This document shows, one piece after another, positions 23,500-38,900 of a stretch of 64,000 bases of DNA (the stretch's first letter is position 1; every line of letters starts with the position of its first letter). The DNA is from Eledone cirrhosa. Its lineage: Eukaryota. The position numbers and the translations under genes were made by a program. The stretch is from assembly GCA_964016885.1 (NCBI GenBank), contig OZ024741.1, positions 261,144,001-261,208,000 on the forward strand. The letters are read 5' to 3'. The notes under the pieces are model-generated. The model was not told where the DNA came from. It searched no databases and was given only the letters and a program-made list of their open reading frames with translations.

Positions 23500-26400
23500 G
23501 GTGTTTTGACTTACGAGTGTTTCGATACGAGTGTTTCGACTTACGAGTGTTCTGACTTACGAGTGTTCTGACTTACGAGCGTTCTGACTTACGAGTGTTC
23601 CGACTTACGTGTGTTTCGGCTTACGAGTGTTTCGACTTACGAGTGTTCTGACTTACGAGTGTTTCGATTTACGAGCGTTCCGACTTACGAGTGTTTCGGC
23701 TTACGAGTGTTCCGACTTACGAGTGTTTCGACTTACGAGTGTTTCGGCTTACGAGTGTTTCGACTTACGAGTGTTCTGACTTACGCGTGTTCCGACTTAC
23801 GAGCGTTCCGACTTACGAGTGTTTCGACTTACGAGTGTTAAGACTTACGGGTGTTTTGACATACGAGTGTTTCGATGCGAGTGTTTCGACTTACGAGTGT
23901 TACGAGTGTTCTGACTTACGAGTGTTTCGACTTACGAGTGTTTTGACTTACGGGTGTTTCGACTTACGAGTGTTTCGACTTACGAGTGTTTCGAGTTACG
24001 AGTGTTTCGACTTACGAGTGTTTTGACTTACGGGTGTTTCGAGTTACGAGTGTTTCGACTTACGAGTGTTTTAACTTACGGGTGTTTCGACTTACACGTG
24101 TTTCGACTTGCGAGTGTTTCGACTTACGAGTGTTTCGACTTACGAGTGTTTCGACTTACGAGTGTTCTGACTTACGGGTGTTCCGACTTACGAGTGTTTC
24201 GGCTTACGAGTGTTTCGACTTACGAGTGTTCTGACTTACGAGTGTTCCGACTTACGAGCGTTCTGACTTACGAGTGTTTCGACTTATGAGTGTTTTGACT
24301 TACGGGTGTTTCGACTTACGAGTGTTTCGAGTTACGAGTGTTTCGACTTACGAGTGTTTTGACTTACGGGTGTTTCGACTTACGAGTGTTTCGACTTACG
24401 AATGTTTTAACTTACGGGTGTTTCGACTTACACGTGTTTCGACTTAAGAGTGTTTCGACTTACGAGTGTTTCGACTTACGAGTGTTCTGACTTACGGGTG
24501 TTCCGACTTACGAGTGTTTCGGCTTACGATTATTTTGACTTACGATTGTTTGGCTTACGAATGTTTCGACTTACGAGTGTTTCGACTTACGAGTGTTTTG
24601 ACTTACGGGTGTTTTGACATACGAGTGTTTCGATACGAGTGTTCTGACTTACGAGTGTTCTGACTTACGAGTGTTCTGACTTACGGGTGTTCTGACTTAC
24701 GAGTGTTTCGGCTTATGAGGGTTTCGACCTACGAGTGCTTCGGCTTACGAGTGTTTCGACTTATGAGTGTTTCGGCTTACGAGTGTTTCGACTTACGAAT
24801 GTTTTGGCTTACGAGTGTTTCGGCTTACGAGTGTTTCGACTTACGAGTGTTTCGACTTACGAGTGTTTTGACTTACGGTGTTTCGGCTTACGAGTGTTTC
24901 GACATACGAGTGTTTTGACGTACGGGTGTTTCGACTTACGGGTGTTTTGACTAACGGTGTTTCTGCTTACGAGTGTTTCGACTTACGAGTGTTATGACTT
25001 ACGTGTGTTTTGACATACGAGTGTTTCGATACGAGTGTTTCGACTTACGAGTGTTACGAGTGTTCTGACTTACGAGTGTTTCGACTTACGAGTGTTCTGA
25101 CCTACGAGTGTTCTGACTTACGAGTGTTTCGACTTACGAGTGTTTTGACTTACGGGTGTTTCGACTTACGAGTGTTGCGAGTTACGAGTGTTTCGAGTTA
25201 CGAGTGTTTCGACTTACGAGTGTTTTGACTTACGGTGTTTCGGCTTACGAGTGTTTCGACATACGAGTGTTTTGACGTACGAGTGTTTTGACTTACGGGT
25301 GTTTTGACATACGAGTGTTTCGATACGAGTGTTCTGACTTACGAGTGTTTTGACTTAACAGTGTTTCGACTTACGAGCGCTTCGACTTACGAGTGTTTCG
25401 ACATACGAGTGTTTCGGCGTATGAGTGTTTTGACTTACGAGTGTTTCGACTTACGAGTGTTTCGACTTACGAGTGTTTCGACTTACGAGTGTTTCGACTT
25501 ACGAGTATTTCGACTTACGAGTGTTTTGACTTACGAGTGTTTTGACTAACGGTGTTTCTGCTTACGAGTGTTTCGACTTACGAGTGTTATGACTTACGTG
25601 TGTTTTGACATACGAGTGTTTCGATACGAGTGTTTCGACTTACGAGTGTTACGAGTGTTCTGACTTACGAGTGTTTCGACTTACGAGTGTTCTGACCTAC
25701 GAGTGTTCTGACTTACGAGTGTTTCGACTTACGAGTGTTTTGACTTACGGGTGTTTCGACTTACGAGTGTTTCGAGTTACGAGTGTTTCGAGTTACGAGT
25801 GTTTCGACTTACGAGTGTTTTTACTTACGAATGTTCTGAATTACGGGTGTTTCGGCTTACGAGTGTTTCGACTTACGAGTGTTTTAACTTACGGGTGTTT
25901 CTACTTACGCGTGTTTCGACTTGCAAGTGTTTCGACTTACGAGTGTTTCGACTTGCAAGTGTTTCGACTTACGAGTGTTTCGACTACGAATGTTCCGACT
26001 TACGAGTGTTTCGACTTACGAGTGTTTCGACTTACGAGTGTTCTGACTTACGGGTGTTCCGACTTACGAGTGTTTCGGCTTACGATTGTTTTGACTTACG
26101 ATTGTTTTGGCTTACGAATGTTTCGACTTACGAGTGTTTCGACTTACGAGTCTTTTGACTTACGATTGTTTTGACTTACGGGTGTTTTGACATAAGAGTG
26201 TTTCGATACGAGTGTTCTGACTTACGAGTGTTCTGACTTACGAGTGTTCTGACTTACGAGTGTTCTGACTTACGGGTGTTCTGACTTACGAGTGTTCCGA
26301 CTTACGAGTGTTTCGGCTTACAAGTGTTTCGACCTACGAGTGTTTCGGCTTACGAGTGTTTTGACTTACGAATGTTTTGGCTTACGAGTGTTTCGGCTTA

Positions 26401-28176
26401 CGAGTGTTTCGAATTACGAGTGTTTCGACTTACGAGTGTTTTGACTTACGGTGTTTCGGCTTACGAGTGTTCTGACTTACGGGTGTTCCGACTTACGAGT
26501 GTTTCGGCTTACGATTATTTTGAGTTACGATTGTTTGGCTTACGAATGTTTCGACTTACGAGTGTTTCGACTTACGAGTGTTTTGACTTACGGGTGTTTT
26601 GACATACGAGTGTTTCGATACGAGTGTTCTGACTTACGAGTGTTCTGACTTACGAGTGTTCTGACTTACGGGTGTTCTGACTTACGAGTGTTTCGCCTTA
26701 TGAGGGTTTCGACTTACGAGTGCTTCGGCTTACGAGTGTTTCGACTTACGAGTGTTTCGGCTTACGAGTGTTTCGACTTACGAATGTTTTAGCTTACGAG
26801 TGTTTCGGCTTACGAGTGTTTCGACTTACGAGTGTTTCGACTTACGAGTGTTTTGACTTACGGTGTTTCGGCTTACGAGTGTTTCGACATACGAGTGTTT
26901 TGACGTACGGGTGTTTCGACTTACGGGTGTTTCGACTTAAGAGTGTTTCGACTTACGAGCGCTTCGACTTACGAGTGTTTCGACTTACGAGTGTTTCGGC
27001 GTATGAGTGTTTTGACTTACGAGTGTTTCGACTTACGAGTGTTTCGACTTACGAGTGTTTCGACTTACGAGTGTTTCGACTTACGAGTGTTTTGACTTAC
27101 GAGTGTTTTGACTAACGGTGTTTCTGCTTACGAGTGTTTCGACTTACGAGTGTTATGACTTACGTGTGTTTTGACATACGAGTGTTTCGATACGAGTGTT
27201 TCGACTTACGAGTGTTACGAGTGTTCTGACTTACGAGTGTTTCGACTTACGAGTGTTCTGACCTAGGAGTGTTCTGACTTACGAGTGTTTCGACTTACGA
27301 GTGTTTTGACTTACGGGTGTTTCGACTTACGAGTGTTTCGAGTTACGAGTGTTTCGAGTTACGAGTGTTTCGACTTACGAGTGTTTTTACTTACGAATGT
27401 TCTGAATTACAGGTGTTTCGGCTTACGAGTGTTTCGACTTACGAGTGTTTTAACTTACGGGTGTTTCTACTTACGCGTGTTTCGACTTGCAAGTGTTTCG
27501 ACTTACGAGTGTTTCGACTTGCAAGTGTTTCGACTTACGAGTGTTTCGACTACGAATGTTCCGACTTACGAGTGTTTCGACTTACGAGTGTTTCGACTTA
27601 CGAGTGTTCTGACTTACGGGTGTTCCGACTTACGAGTGTTTCGGCTTACGATTGTTTTGACTTACGATTGTTTTGGCTTACGAATGTTTCGACTTACGAC
27701 TGTTTCGACTTACGAGTGTTTTGACTTACGATTGTTTGGACTTACGGGTGTTTTGACATAAGAGTGTTTCGATACGAGTGTTCTGACTTACGAGTGTTCT
27801 GACTTACGAGTGTTCTGACTTACGAGTGTTCTGACTTACGGGTGTTCTGACTTACGAGTGTTTCGGCTTATGAGGGTTTCGACTTACGAGTGCTTCGGCT
27901 TACAAGTGTTTCGACCTACGAGTGTTTCGGCTTACGAGTGTTTTGACTTACGAATGTTTTGGCTTACGAGTGTTTCGGCTTACGAGTGTTTCGAATTACG
28001 AGTGTTTCGACTTACGAGTGTTTTGACTTACGGTGTTTCGGCTTACGAGTGTTTCGACTTACGAGTGTTTTAACTTACGGGTGTTTCGACTTACGCGTGT
28101 TTCGACTTACGAATGTTCCGACTTACGAGTGTTTCGACTTACGAGTGTTTCGGCTTACGAGTGTTTCGATTTACGA

Positions 28177-28245
28177 AAATAACAAGTAGACGCGGTTTCA
28201 AATATCTATGCTTTTCAAATTCATTACATTAATCTTTATTTATAC
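28177..28245. repeat. 69-bp AT-rich island, copy 6 (GATTTACG flank)
   Basis: Same sequence. Confidence 0.95.
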
Positions 28246-31200
28246 GTTTCGCTTTACGAGTGTTTCGGCGTACGAGTGTTTCGACTTACGAGTATTCTGA
28301 CTTACGAGTGTTCCGACTTACGCGCGTTCCGACTTACGAGTGTTTCGGCTTACGAGTGTTCCGACTTACGAGTGTTTCGACTTACGAGTGTTTTGACTTA
28401 CGGTGTTTCGGCTTACGAGTGTTTTGACTTACGAGTGTTTTGACTTACGGGTGTTTTGACATACGAGTGTTTCGATACGAGTGTTCTGACTTACGGGTGT
28501 TCTGACTTACGAGTGTTCTGACTTACGAGTGGTCTGACTTACGGGTGTTCTTACTTACGAGTGTTCCGACTTACGAGTGTTTCAGCTTATGAGTGTTTCG
28601 ACTTACGAGTGTTTCGGCATACGAGTGTTTCGACTCACGAATGTTTTGGCTTACGAGTGTTCTGACTTACGAGTGTTCCGACTTACGACAGTTTCGACTT
28701 ACGAGCGTTTCGACTTACGAGTATTCTGACTTACGAGTGTTTCGACTTACGAGTGTTTTGAATTACGATTGTTTCGGCTTACGAGTGTTACGACTTACGA
28801 GTATTTCGACTTACGAGTTTTTTTACTTACGGTGTTTCGGCTTACGAGTGTTTCGACTTACGAGTGTTTTGACTTACGGGTGTTTTGACATACGAGTGTT
28901 TCGAAACGAGTGCTCTGACTTACGAGTGTTCTGACTTACGAGTGTTCTGACTTACGAGTGTTCTGACTTACGGGTGTTCTGACTTACGTGTTCCGACTTA
29001 TGAGTGTTTAGGCTTACGGGTGTTTCGACTTACGAGTGTTTCGACTTACGAGTGTTTTGACTTACGGTGTTTCGGCTTACGATTTATTCGACATACGAGT
29101 GTTTCGACTTACGGGTGTTTCGACTTACGGGTGTTTCGACTTACGGGTGTTTCGACTTACGAGTGTTTCGACTTATGAGTGTTTCGACTTACGAGTGTTC
29201 TGACTTACGAGTGTTCTGACTTACGAGTGTTCCGACTTACGAGTGTTTCGGTTTACGAGTGTTTCGACATACGAGTGTTTTGACTTACGGGTGTTTCGAC
29301 TTACGGGTGTTTCGACTTACGAGTGTTTCGGCTTACGAGTGTTTCGACTTACTAATGTTTTTACTTACAAGTGTTTCGGTGTACGAGTGTTTCGACTTAA
29401 GGATGTTTCGACTTGCGAGTGTTTCGCCTTACGTGTGTTTCGGCTTACGTGAGTTTCGACTTAAGAGTGTTCTGATTTACGAGTGTTCTGACTTGCGGGT
29501 GTTCTGATTTACGAGTGTTCCGACTTACGAGTGTTTCGGCTTATGAGTGTTTCGACTTACGAGTGTTTCGGCTTACGAGTGTTTCGACTTATGGGTGTTT
29601 CGACTTACGAGTGTTTTTACTTACGGTGTTTCGGCTTACGAGTGTTTCGACATACCAGTGTTCAGACTTACGAGTGTTCCGACTTACGAGCGTTCCGACT
29701 TACAAGTGTTTCGATTACGAGTGTTAAGACTTACGGGTGTTTTGACATACGAGTGTTTCGATACGTGTGTTTCGACTTACGAGTGTTACGAGTGTTCTGA
29801 CTTACGAGTGTTCTGACTTCCGAGTGTTCTGACTTACGAGTGTTCTGACTTACGAGTGTTCTGACTTACGAGCGTTCTGACTTACGAGTGTTACGACTTA
29901 CGAGTGTTTCGGCTTATGAGTGTTTCGACTTACGAGTGTTCTGACTTACGAGTGTTCCGACTTACGAGCGTTCCGACTTACGAGTGTTTTGACTTACGGT
30001 GTTTCTGCTTACGAGTGTTTCGACTTACGAGTGTTAAGACTTACGGGTGTTTTGACATACGAGTGTTTCGATACGAGTGTTTCGACTTACGAGTGTTACG
30101 AGCGTTCTGACTTACGAGTGTTTCGACTTACGATTGTTTCTTTCACTTACGGGTGTTTCGACTTACGCGTGTTTCGATTTACGAGTGTTTAGACTTACGA
30201 GTGTTTCGACTACGAATGTTCCGACTTACGAGTGTTTCGACTTACGAGTGTTTCGACTTACGGGTGTTCCGACTTACGAGTGTTTCGGCTTACGATTGTT
30301 TCGATTTACGAGTGTTTCGGTTTACGAGTGTTTCGACTTACGGGTGTTTTGACTTACGATTGTTTGGGCTTACGAATGTTTCGACTTACGAGTGTTTCGA
30401 CTTACGAGTGTTTTGACTTACGGTGTTTCGGCTTACGAGTGTTTTGACTTACGAGTGTTTTGACTTACGGGTGTTTTGACATACGAGTGTTTCGATACGA
30501 GTGTTCTGACTTACGAGTGTTCTGACTTACGAGTGTTCTGACTTACGAGTGTTCTGACTTACGAGTGGTCTGACTTACGGGTGTTCTGACTTACGAGTGT
30601 TCCGACTTACGAGTGTTTCAGCTTATGAGTGTTTCGACTTACGAGTGCTTCGGTTTCCGAGTGTTTCGACTTACGAATGTTTCGGCTTACGAGTGTTTCG
30701 ACTTACGAATATTTTGGCTTACGAGTGTTTCGGCTTACGAGTGTTTCGGCTTATGAGTGTTTCGACTTACGAGTGTTTTGACTTATGGTGTTTCGGCTTA
30801 CGAGTGTTTCGACATACGAGTGTTTTGACTTACGGGGGTTTCGACTTACGGGTGTTTCGACGTAAGAGTGTTTCGACTTACGAGCGCTTCGACTTACGAG
30901 TGTTTCGACTTACGAGTGTTTCGGCGTACGAGTGTTTTAACTTACGAGTGTTTCGACTTACGAGTGCTTTGACTTACGAATGTTTTGAATTACTTCGACT
31001 TACGAGTGATCTGACTTACGAGTGTTCCTACTTACGAGTGTTTCGACTTACGAGTGTTTCGACTTACGAGTGTTCTGACTTACGAGTGTTTTGACTTACG
31101 AGTGTTCCGACTTACGAGTGTTTCGACTTACGAGTGTTTTGACTTACGAATGTTCTGACTTACGGGTGTTTCGCCTTACGAGTGTTTCGACTTACGAGTG

Positions 31201-31341
31201 TTTTAACTTACGGGTGTTTCGACTTACGCGTGTTTCGACTTACAAGTGTTTCGACTTACGAGTGTTTCGACTTACGAATGTTCCGACTTACGAGTGTTTC
31301 TACTTACGAGTGTTTCGGCTTACGAGTGTTTCGACTTACGA

Positions 31342-31410
31342 AAATAACAAGTAGACGCGGTTTCAAATATCTATGCTTTTCAAATTCATTACATTAATCT
31401 TTATTTATAC
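31342..31410. repeat. 69-bp AT-rich island, copy 7
   Basis: Same sequence. Confidence 0.95.
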
Positions 31411-34400
31411 GTTTCGCTTTACGAGTGTTTCGGCGTACGAGTGTTTCGACTTACGAGTGTTTTAACTTACGGTTGTTTCGACTTACGCGTTTTTCGACTA
31501 CGAATGTTCCGACTTACAAGTGTTTCGACTTACGAGTGCTTTGACTTACGAATGTTTTGACTTCGACTTACGAGTGATCTGACTTACGAGTGTTCCTACT
31601 TACGAGTGTTTCGACTTACGAGTGTTTCGACTTGCGAGTGTTTCGACTTACGAATGTTTTGACTTACGAATGTTTTGACTTACGGGTGTTTCGGCTTACG
31701 GCTGTTTCGACTTACGAGTGTTTCGACTTAGGAGTGTTCTGACTTACGAGTGTTCTGACTTACGAGTGTTCTGACTTACGAGTGTTCCGACTTACGAGTG
31801 TTTCGGTTTACGAGTGTTTCGACATACGAGTGTTTTGACTTACGGGTGTTTCGACTTACGGGTGTTTCGACTTACGAGTGTTTCGGCTTACGAGAGTTTC
31901 GACTTACTAATGTTTTTACTTACGAGTGTTTCGGTGTACGAATGTTTTGACTTAAGGATGTTTCGTCTTACGAGTGTTTCGACTTACGAGTGTTTCGGCT
32001 TACGTGAGTTTCGACTTAAGAGTGTTCTGATTTACGAGTGTTCTGACTTGCGGGTGTTCTGATTTACGAGTGTTCCGACTTACGAGTGTTTCGGCTTATG
32101 AGTGTTTCGACTTACGAGTGTTTCGGCTTACGAGTGTTTCGACTTATGGGTGTTTCAACTTACGAGTGTTTTTACTTACAGTGTTTCGGCTTACGAGTGT
32201 TTCGACATACGAGTGTTTTGACTTACGGGTGTTTCGGCTTACGAGTGTTTCGACTTACGAGTGTTTCGGCTTACGAGTGTTTCGATTACTAATGTTTTTA
32301 CTTACGAGTGTTTCGGCGTACGAGAGTTTTGACTTACGAGTGTTTCGACTTACGAGTGTTTTGACTTACGAATGTTTTGACTTACGGGTGTTTCGGCTTA
32401 TGAGTGTTTCGACTTACGAGTCTTTCGGCTTACGAGTGTTTCGACTTATTAATGTTTTTACTTACGAGTGTTTCGGCGTACGAGTGTTTCGACTTACGGG
32501 TGTTTTGACTTACGGGTGTTTCGGCTTACGAGTGTTTCGACTTACGAGTGTTTTGACTTAAGGGTGTTTCGACTTACGAGTATTTTTGGCTTACGAGTGT
32601 TTCGACTTACGAGTGTTTCGACTTACGAGTGTTTCGGCTTACGATTGTTTCGACTTACGAGTGTTTCGGTTTACGAGTGTTTCGACTTATGAGTGTTTCG
32701 ACTTACGAGTGTTTCGGCTTACGAGTGTTTCGACTTATGGGTGTTTCGACTTACGAGTGTTTTTACTTACGAGTGTTTTGACTTACGGGTGTTTCGGTTT
32801 ACGAGTGTTTCGACTTACGAGTATTCTGACTTACGAGTGTTCCGACTTACGAGCGTTCCGACTTACGAGTGTTTCGGCTTACGAGTGTTCCGACTTACGA
32901 GTGTTTCGACTTACGACTGTTTTGACTTACGGTGTTTCGGCTTACGAGTGTTTTGACTTACGAGTGTTTTGACTTACGGGTGTTTTGACATACGAGTGTT
33001 TCGATACGAGTGTTCTGACTTACGGGTGTTCTGACTTACGAGTGTTCTGACTTACGAGTGGTCTGACTTACGGGTGTTCTTACTTACGAGTGTTCCGACT
33101 TACGAGTGTTTCAGCTTATGAGTGTTTCGACTTACGAGTGTTTCGGCATACGAGTGTTTCGACTTACGAATGTTTTGGCTTACGAGTGTTCTGACTTACG
33201 AGTGTTCCGACTTACGACTGTTTCGACTTACGAGTGTTTCGACTTACGAGTATTCTGACTTACGAGTGTTTCGACTTACGAGTGTTTTGAATTACGATTG
33301 TTTCGGCTTACGAGTTTTTCGACTTACGAGTATTTCGACTTACGAGTTTTTTTACTTACGGTGTTTCGGCTTACGAGTGTTTTGACTTACGAGTGTTTTG
33401 ACTTACGGGTGTTTTGACATACGAGTGTTTCGATACGAGTGCTCTGACTTACGAGTGTTCTGACTTACGAGTGTTCTGACTTACGAGTGTTCTGACTTAC
33501 GGGTGTTCTGACTTACGTGTTCCGACTTACGAGTGTTTCGGTTATGGGTGTTTCGACTTACGAGTGTTTCGACTTACGAATGTTTTGGCTTACGAGTGTT
33601 TAGGCTTACGGGTGTTTCGACTTACGAGTGTTTCGACTTACGAGTGTTTTGACTTACGGTGTTTCGGCTTACGATTTATTCGACATACGAGTGTTTCGAC
33701 TTACGGGTGTTTCGACTTACGGGTGTTTCGACTTACGAGTGTTTCGACTTACGAGTGTTTCGACTTATGAATGTTTCGACTTACGAGTGTTCTGACTTAC
33801 GAGTGTTCTGACTTACGAGTGTTCCGACTTACGAGTGTTTCGGTTTACGAGTGTTTCGACATACGAGTGTTTTGACTTACGGGTGTTTCGACTTACGGGT
33901 GTTTCGACTTACGAGTGTTTCGGCTTACGAGTGTTTCGACTTACTAATGTTTTTACTTACGAGTGTTTCGGTGTACGAGTGTTTCGACTTAAGGATGTTT
34001 CGACTTGCGAGTGTTTCGCCTTACGTGTGTTTCGGCTTACGTGAGTTTCGACTTAAGAGTGTTCTGATTTACGAGTGTTCTGACTTGCGGGTGTTCTGAT
34101 TTACGAGTGTTCCGACTTACGAGTGTTTCGGCTTATGAGTGTTTCGACTTACGAGTGTTTCGGCTTACGAGTGTTTCGACTTATGGGTGTTTCGACTTAC
34201 GAGTGTTTTTACTTACGGTGTTTCGGCTTACGAGTGTTTCGACATACGAGTGTTCAGACTTACGAGTGTTCCGACCTACGAGCGTTCCGACTTACAAGTG
34301 TTTCGATTACGAGTGTTAAGACTTACGGGTGTTTTGACATACGAGTGTTTCAATACGTGTGTTTCGACTTACGAGTGTTACGAGTGTTCTGACTTACGAG

Positions 34401-35920
34401 TGTTCTGACTTCCGAGTGTTCTGACTTACGAGTGTTCTGACTTACGAGTGTTCTGACTTACGAGCGTTCTGACTTACGAGTGTTCCGACTTACGAGTGTT
34501 TCGGCTTACGAGTGTTTCGACTTACGAATGTTTTGGCTTACGAGTGTTTCGGCTTACGAGTGTTTCGACTTACGAGTGTTTCGACTTACGAGTGTTTTGA
34601 CTTACGGTGTTTCGGCTTACGAGTGTTTCGACATACGAGTGTTTTGACGTACGGGTGTTTCGACTTACGGGTGTTTCGACTTAAGAGTGTTTCGACTTAC
34701 GAGCGCTTCGACTTACGAGTGTTTCGACTTACGAGTGTTTCGGCGTATGAGTGTTTTGACTTACGAGTGTTTCGACTTACGAGTGTTTCGACTTACGAGT
34801 GTTTCGACTTACGAGTGTTTCGACTTACGAGTGTTTTGACTTACGAGTGTTTTGACTAACGGTGTTTCTGCTTACGAGTGTTTCGACTTACGAGTGTTAT
34901 GACTTACGTGTGTTTTGACATACGAGTGTTTCGATACGAGTGTTTCGACTTACGAGTGTTACGAGTGTTCTGACTTACGAGTGTTTCGACTTACGAGTGT
35001 TCTGACCTACGAGTGTTCTGACTTACGAGTGTTTCGACTTACGAGTGTTTTGACTTACGGGTGTTTCGACTTACGAGTGTTTCGAGTTACGAGTGTTTCG
35101 AGTTACGAGTGTTTCGACTTACGAGTGTTTTTACTTACGAATGTTCTGAATTACAGGTGTTTCGGCTTACGAGTGTTTCGACTTACGAGTGTTTTAACTT
35201 ACGGGTGTTTCTACTTACGCGTGTTTCGACTTGCAAGTGTTTCGACTTACGAGTGTTTCGACTTGCAAGTGTTTCGACTTACGAGTGTTTCGACTACGAA
35301 TGTTCCGACTTACGAGTGTTTCGACTTACGAGTGTTTCGACTTACGAGTGTTCTGACTTACGGGTGTTCCGACTTACGAGTGTTTCGGCTTACGATTGTT
35401 TTGACTTACGATTGTTTTGGCTTACGAATGTTTCGACTTACGAGTGTTTCGACTTACGAGTGTTTTGACTTACGATTGTTTGGACTTACGGGTGTTTTGA
35501 CATAAGAGTGTTTCGATACGAGTGTTCTGACTTACGAGTGTTCTGACTTACGAGTGTTCTGACTTACGAGTGTTCTGACTTACGGGTGTTCTGACTTACG
35601 AGTGTTTCGGCTTATGAGGGTTTCGACTTACGAGTGCTTCGGCTTACAAGTGTTTCGACCTACGAGTGTTTCGGCTTACGAGTGTTTTGACTTACGAATG
35701 TTTTGGCTTACGAGTGTTTCGGCTTACGAGTGTTTCGAATTACGAGTGTTTCGACTTACGAGTGTTTTGACTTACGGTGTTTCGGCTTACGAGTGTTTCG
35801 ACTTACGAGTGTTTTAACTTACGGGTGTTTCGACTTACGCGTGTTTCGACTTACGAATGTTCCGACTTACGAGTGTTTCGACTTACGAGTGTTTCGGCTT
35901 ACGAGTGTTTCGATTTACGA

Positions 35921-35989
35921 AAATAACAAGTAGACGCGGTTTCAAATATCTATGCTTTTCAAATTCATTACATTAATCTTTATTTATAC
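35921..35989. repeat. 69-bp AT-rich island, copy 8 (GATTTACG flank)
   Basis: Same sequence. Confidence 0.95.
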
Positions 35990-38900
35990 GTTTCGCTTTA
36001 CGAGTGTTTCGGCGTACGAGTGTTTCGACTTACGAGTATTCTGACTTACGAGTGTTCCGACTTACGCGCGTTCCGACTTACGAGTGTTTCGGCTTACGAG
36101 TGTTCCGACTTACGAGTGTTTCGACTTACGAGTGTTTTGACTTACGGTGTTTCGGCTTACGAGTGTTTTGACTTACGAGTGTTTTGACTTACGGGTGTTT
36201 TGACATACGAGTGTTTCGATACGAGTGTTCTGACTTACGGGTGTTCTGACTTACGAGTGTTCTGACTTACGAGTGGTCTGACTTACGGGTGTTCTTACTT
36301 ACGAGTGTTCCGACTTACGAGTGTTTCAGCTTATGAGTGTTTCGACTTACGAGTGTTTCGGCATACGAGTGTTTCGACTCACGAATGTTTTGGCTTACGA
36401 GTGTTCTGACTTACGAGTGTTCCGACTTACGACTGTTTCGACTTACGAGCGTTTCGACTTACGAGTATTCTGACTTACGAGTGTTTCGACTTACGAGTGT
36501 TTTGAATTACGATTGTTTCGGCTTACGAGTGTTACGACTTACGAGTATTTCGACTTACGAGTTTTTTTACTTACGGTGTTTCGGCTTACGAGTGTTTCGA
36601 CTTACGAGTGTTTTGACTTACGGGTGTTTTGACATACGAGTGTTTCGATACGAGTGCTCTGACTTACGAGTGTTCTGACTTACGAGTGTTCTGACTTACG
36701 AGTGTTCTGACTTACGGGTGTTCTGACTTACGTGTTCCGACTTATGAGTGTTTAGGCTTACGGGTGTTTCGACTTACGAGTGTTTCGACTTACGAGTGTT
36801 TTGACTTACGGTGTTTCGGCTTACGATTTATTCGACATACGAGTGTTTCGACTTACGGGTGTTTCGACTTACGGGTGTTTCGACTTACGAGTGTTTCGGC
36901 TTACGAGTGTTTCGACTTATGGGTGTTTCAACTTACGAGTGTTTTTACTTACAGTGTTTCGGCTTACGAGTGTTTCGACATACGAGTGTTTTGACTTACG
37001 GGTGTTTCGGCTTACGAGTGTTTCGACTTACGAGTGTTTCGGCTTACGAGTGTTTCGATTACTAATGTTTTTACTTACGAGTGTTTCGGCGTACGAGAGT
37101 TTTGACTTACGAGTGTTTCGACTTACGAGTGTTTTGACTTACGAATGTTTTGACTTACGGGTGTTTCGGCTTATGAGTGTTTCGACTTACGAGTCTTTCG
37201 GCTTACGAGTGTTTCGACTTATTAATGTTTTTACTTACGAGTGTTTCGGCGTACGAGTGTTTCGACTTACGGGTGTTTTGACTTACGGGTGTTTCGGCTT
37301 ACGAGTGTTTCGACTTACGAGTGTTTTGACTTAAGGGTGTTTCGACTTACGAGTATTTTTGGCTTACGAGTGTTTCGACTTACGAGTGTTTCGACTTACG
37401 AGTGTTTCGGCTTACGATTGTTTCGACTTACGAGTGTTTCGGTTTACGAGTGTTTCGACTTATGAGTGTTTCGACTTACGAGTGTTTCGGCTTACGAGTG
37501 TTTCGACTTATGGGTGTTTCGACTTACGAGTGTTTTTACTTACGAGTGTTTTGACTTACGGGTGTTTCGGTTTACGAGTGTTTCGACTTACGAGTATTCT
37601 GACTTACGAGTGTTCCGACTTACGAGCGTTCCGACTTACGAGTGTTTCGGCTTACGAGTGTTCCGACTTACGAGTGTTTCGACTTACGACTGTTTTGACT
37701 TACGGTGTTTCGGCTTACGAGTGTTTTGACTTACGAGTGTTTTGACTTACGGGTGTTTTGACATACGAGTGTTTCGATACGAGTGTTCTGACTTACGGGT
37801 GTTCTGACTTACGAGTGTTCTGACTTACGAGTGGTCTGACTTACGGGTGTTCTTACTTACGAGTGTTCCGACTTACGAGTGTTTCAGCTTATGAGTGTTT
37901 CGACTTACGAGTGTTTCGGCATACGAGTGTTTCGACTTACGAATGTTTTGGCTTACGAGTGTTCTGACTTACGAGTGTTCCGACTTACGACTGTTTCGAC
38001 TTACGAGTGTTTCGACTTACGAGTATTCTGACTTACGAGTGTTTCGACTTACGAGTGTTTTGAATTACGATTGTTTCGGCTTACGAGTTTTTCGACTTAC
38101 GAGTATTTCGACTTACGAGTTTTTTTACTTACGGTGTTTCGGCTTACGAGTGTTTTGACTTACGAGTGTTTTGACTTACGGGTGTTTTGACATACGAGTG
38201 TTTCGATACGAGTGCTCTGACTTACGAGTGTTCTGACTTACGAGTGTTCTGACTTACGAGTGTTCTGACTTACGGGTGTTCTGACTTACGTGTTCCGACT
38301 TACGAGTGTTTCGGTTATGGGTGTTTCGACTTACGAGTGTTTCGACTTACGAATGTTTTGGCTTACGAGTGTTTAGGCTTACGGGTGTTTCGACTTACGA
38401 GTGTTTCGACTTACGAGTGTTTTGACTTACGGTGTTTCGGCTTACGATTTATTCGACATACGAGTGTTTCGACTTACGGGTGTTTCGACTTACGGGTGTT
38501 TCGACTTACGAGTGTTTCGACTTACGAGTGTTTCGACTTATGAATGTTTCGACTTACGAGTGTTCTGACTTACGAGTGTTCTGACTTACGAGTGTTCCGA
38601 CTTACGAGTGTTTCGGTTTACGAGTGTTTCGACATACGAGTGTTTTGACTTACGGGTGTTTCGACTTACGGGTGTTTCGACTTACGAGTGTTTCGGCTTA
38701 CGAGTGTTTCGACTTACTAATGTTTTTACTTACGAGTGTTTCGGTGTACGAGTGTTTCGACTTAAGGATGTTTCGACTTGCGAGTGTTTCGCCTTACGTG
38801 TGTTTCGGCTTACGTGAGTTTCGACTTAAGAGTGTTCTGATTTACGAGTGTTCTGACTTGCGGGTGTTCTGATTTACGAGTGTTCCGACTTACGAGTGTT

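Larger units (their letters stand above)
1..34500 (+). repeat. ~19.6-20.1 kb higher-order duplication: 1-~14,390 recurs at ~19,610-34,500
   Basis: Matching variant patterns give offsets of 19,609 (14/19623), 19,655 (1572/21227 and the islands), 20,108 (5497/25605), 20,124 (7734/27858), 20,140 (11674/31814) and 20,109 (13013/33122). Confidence 0.9.
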
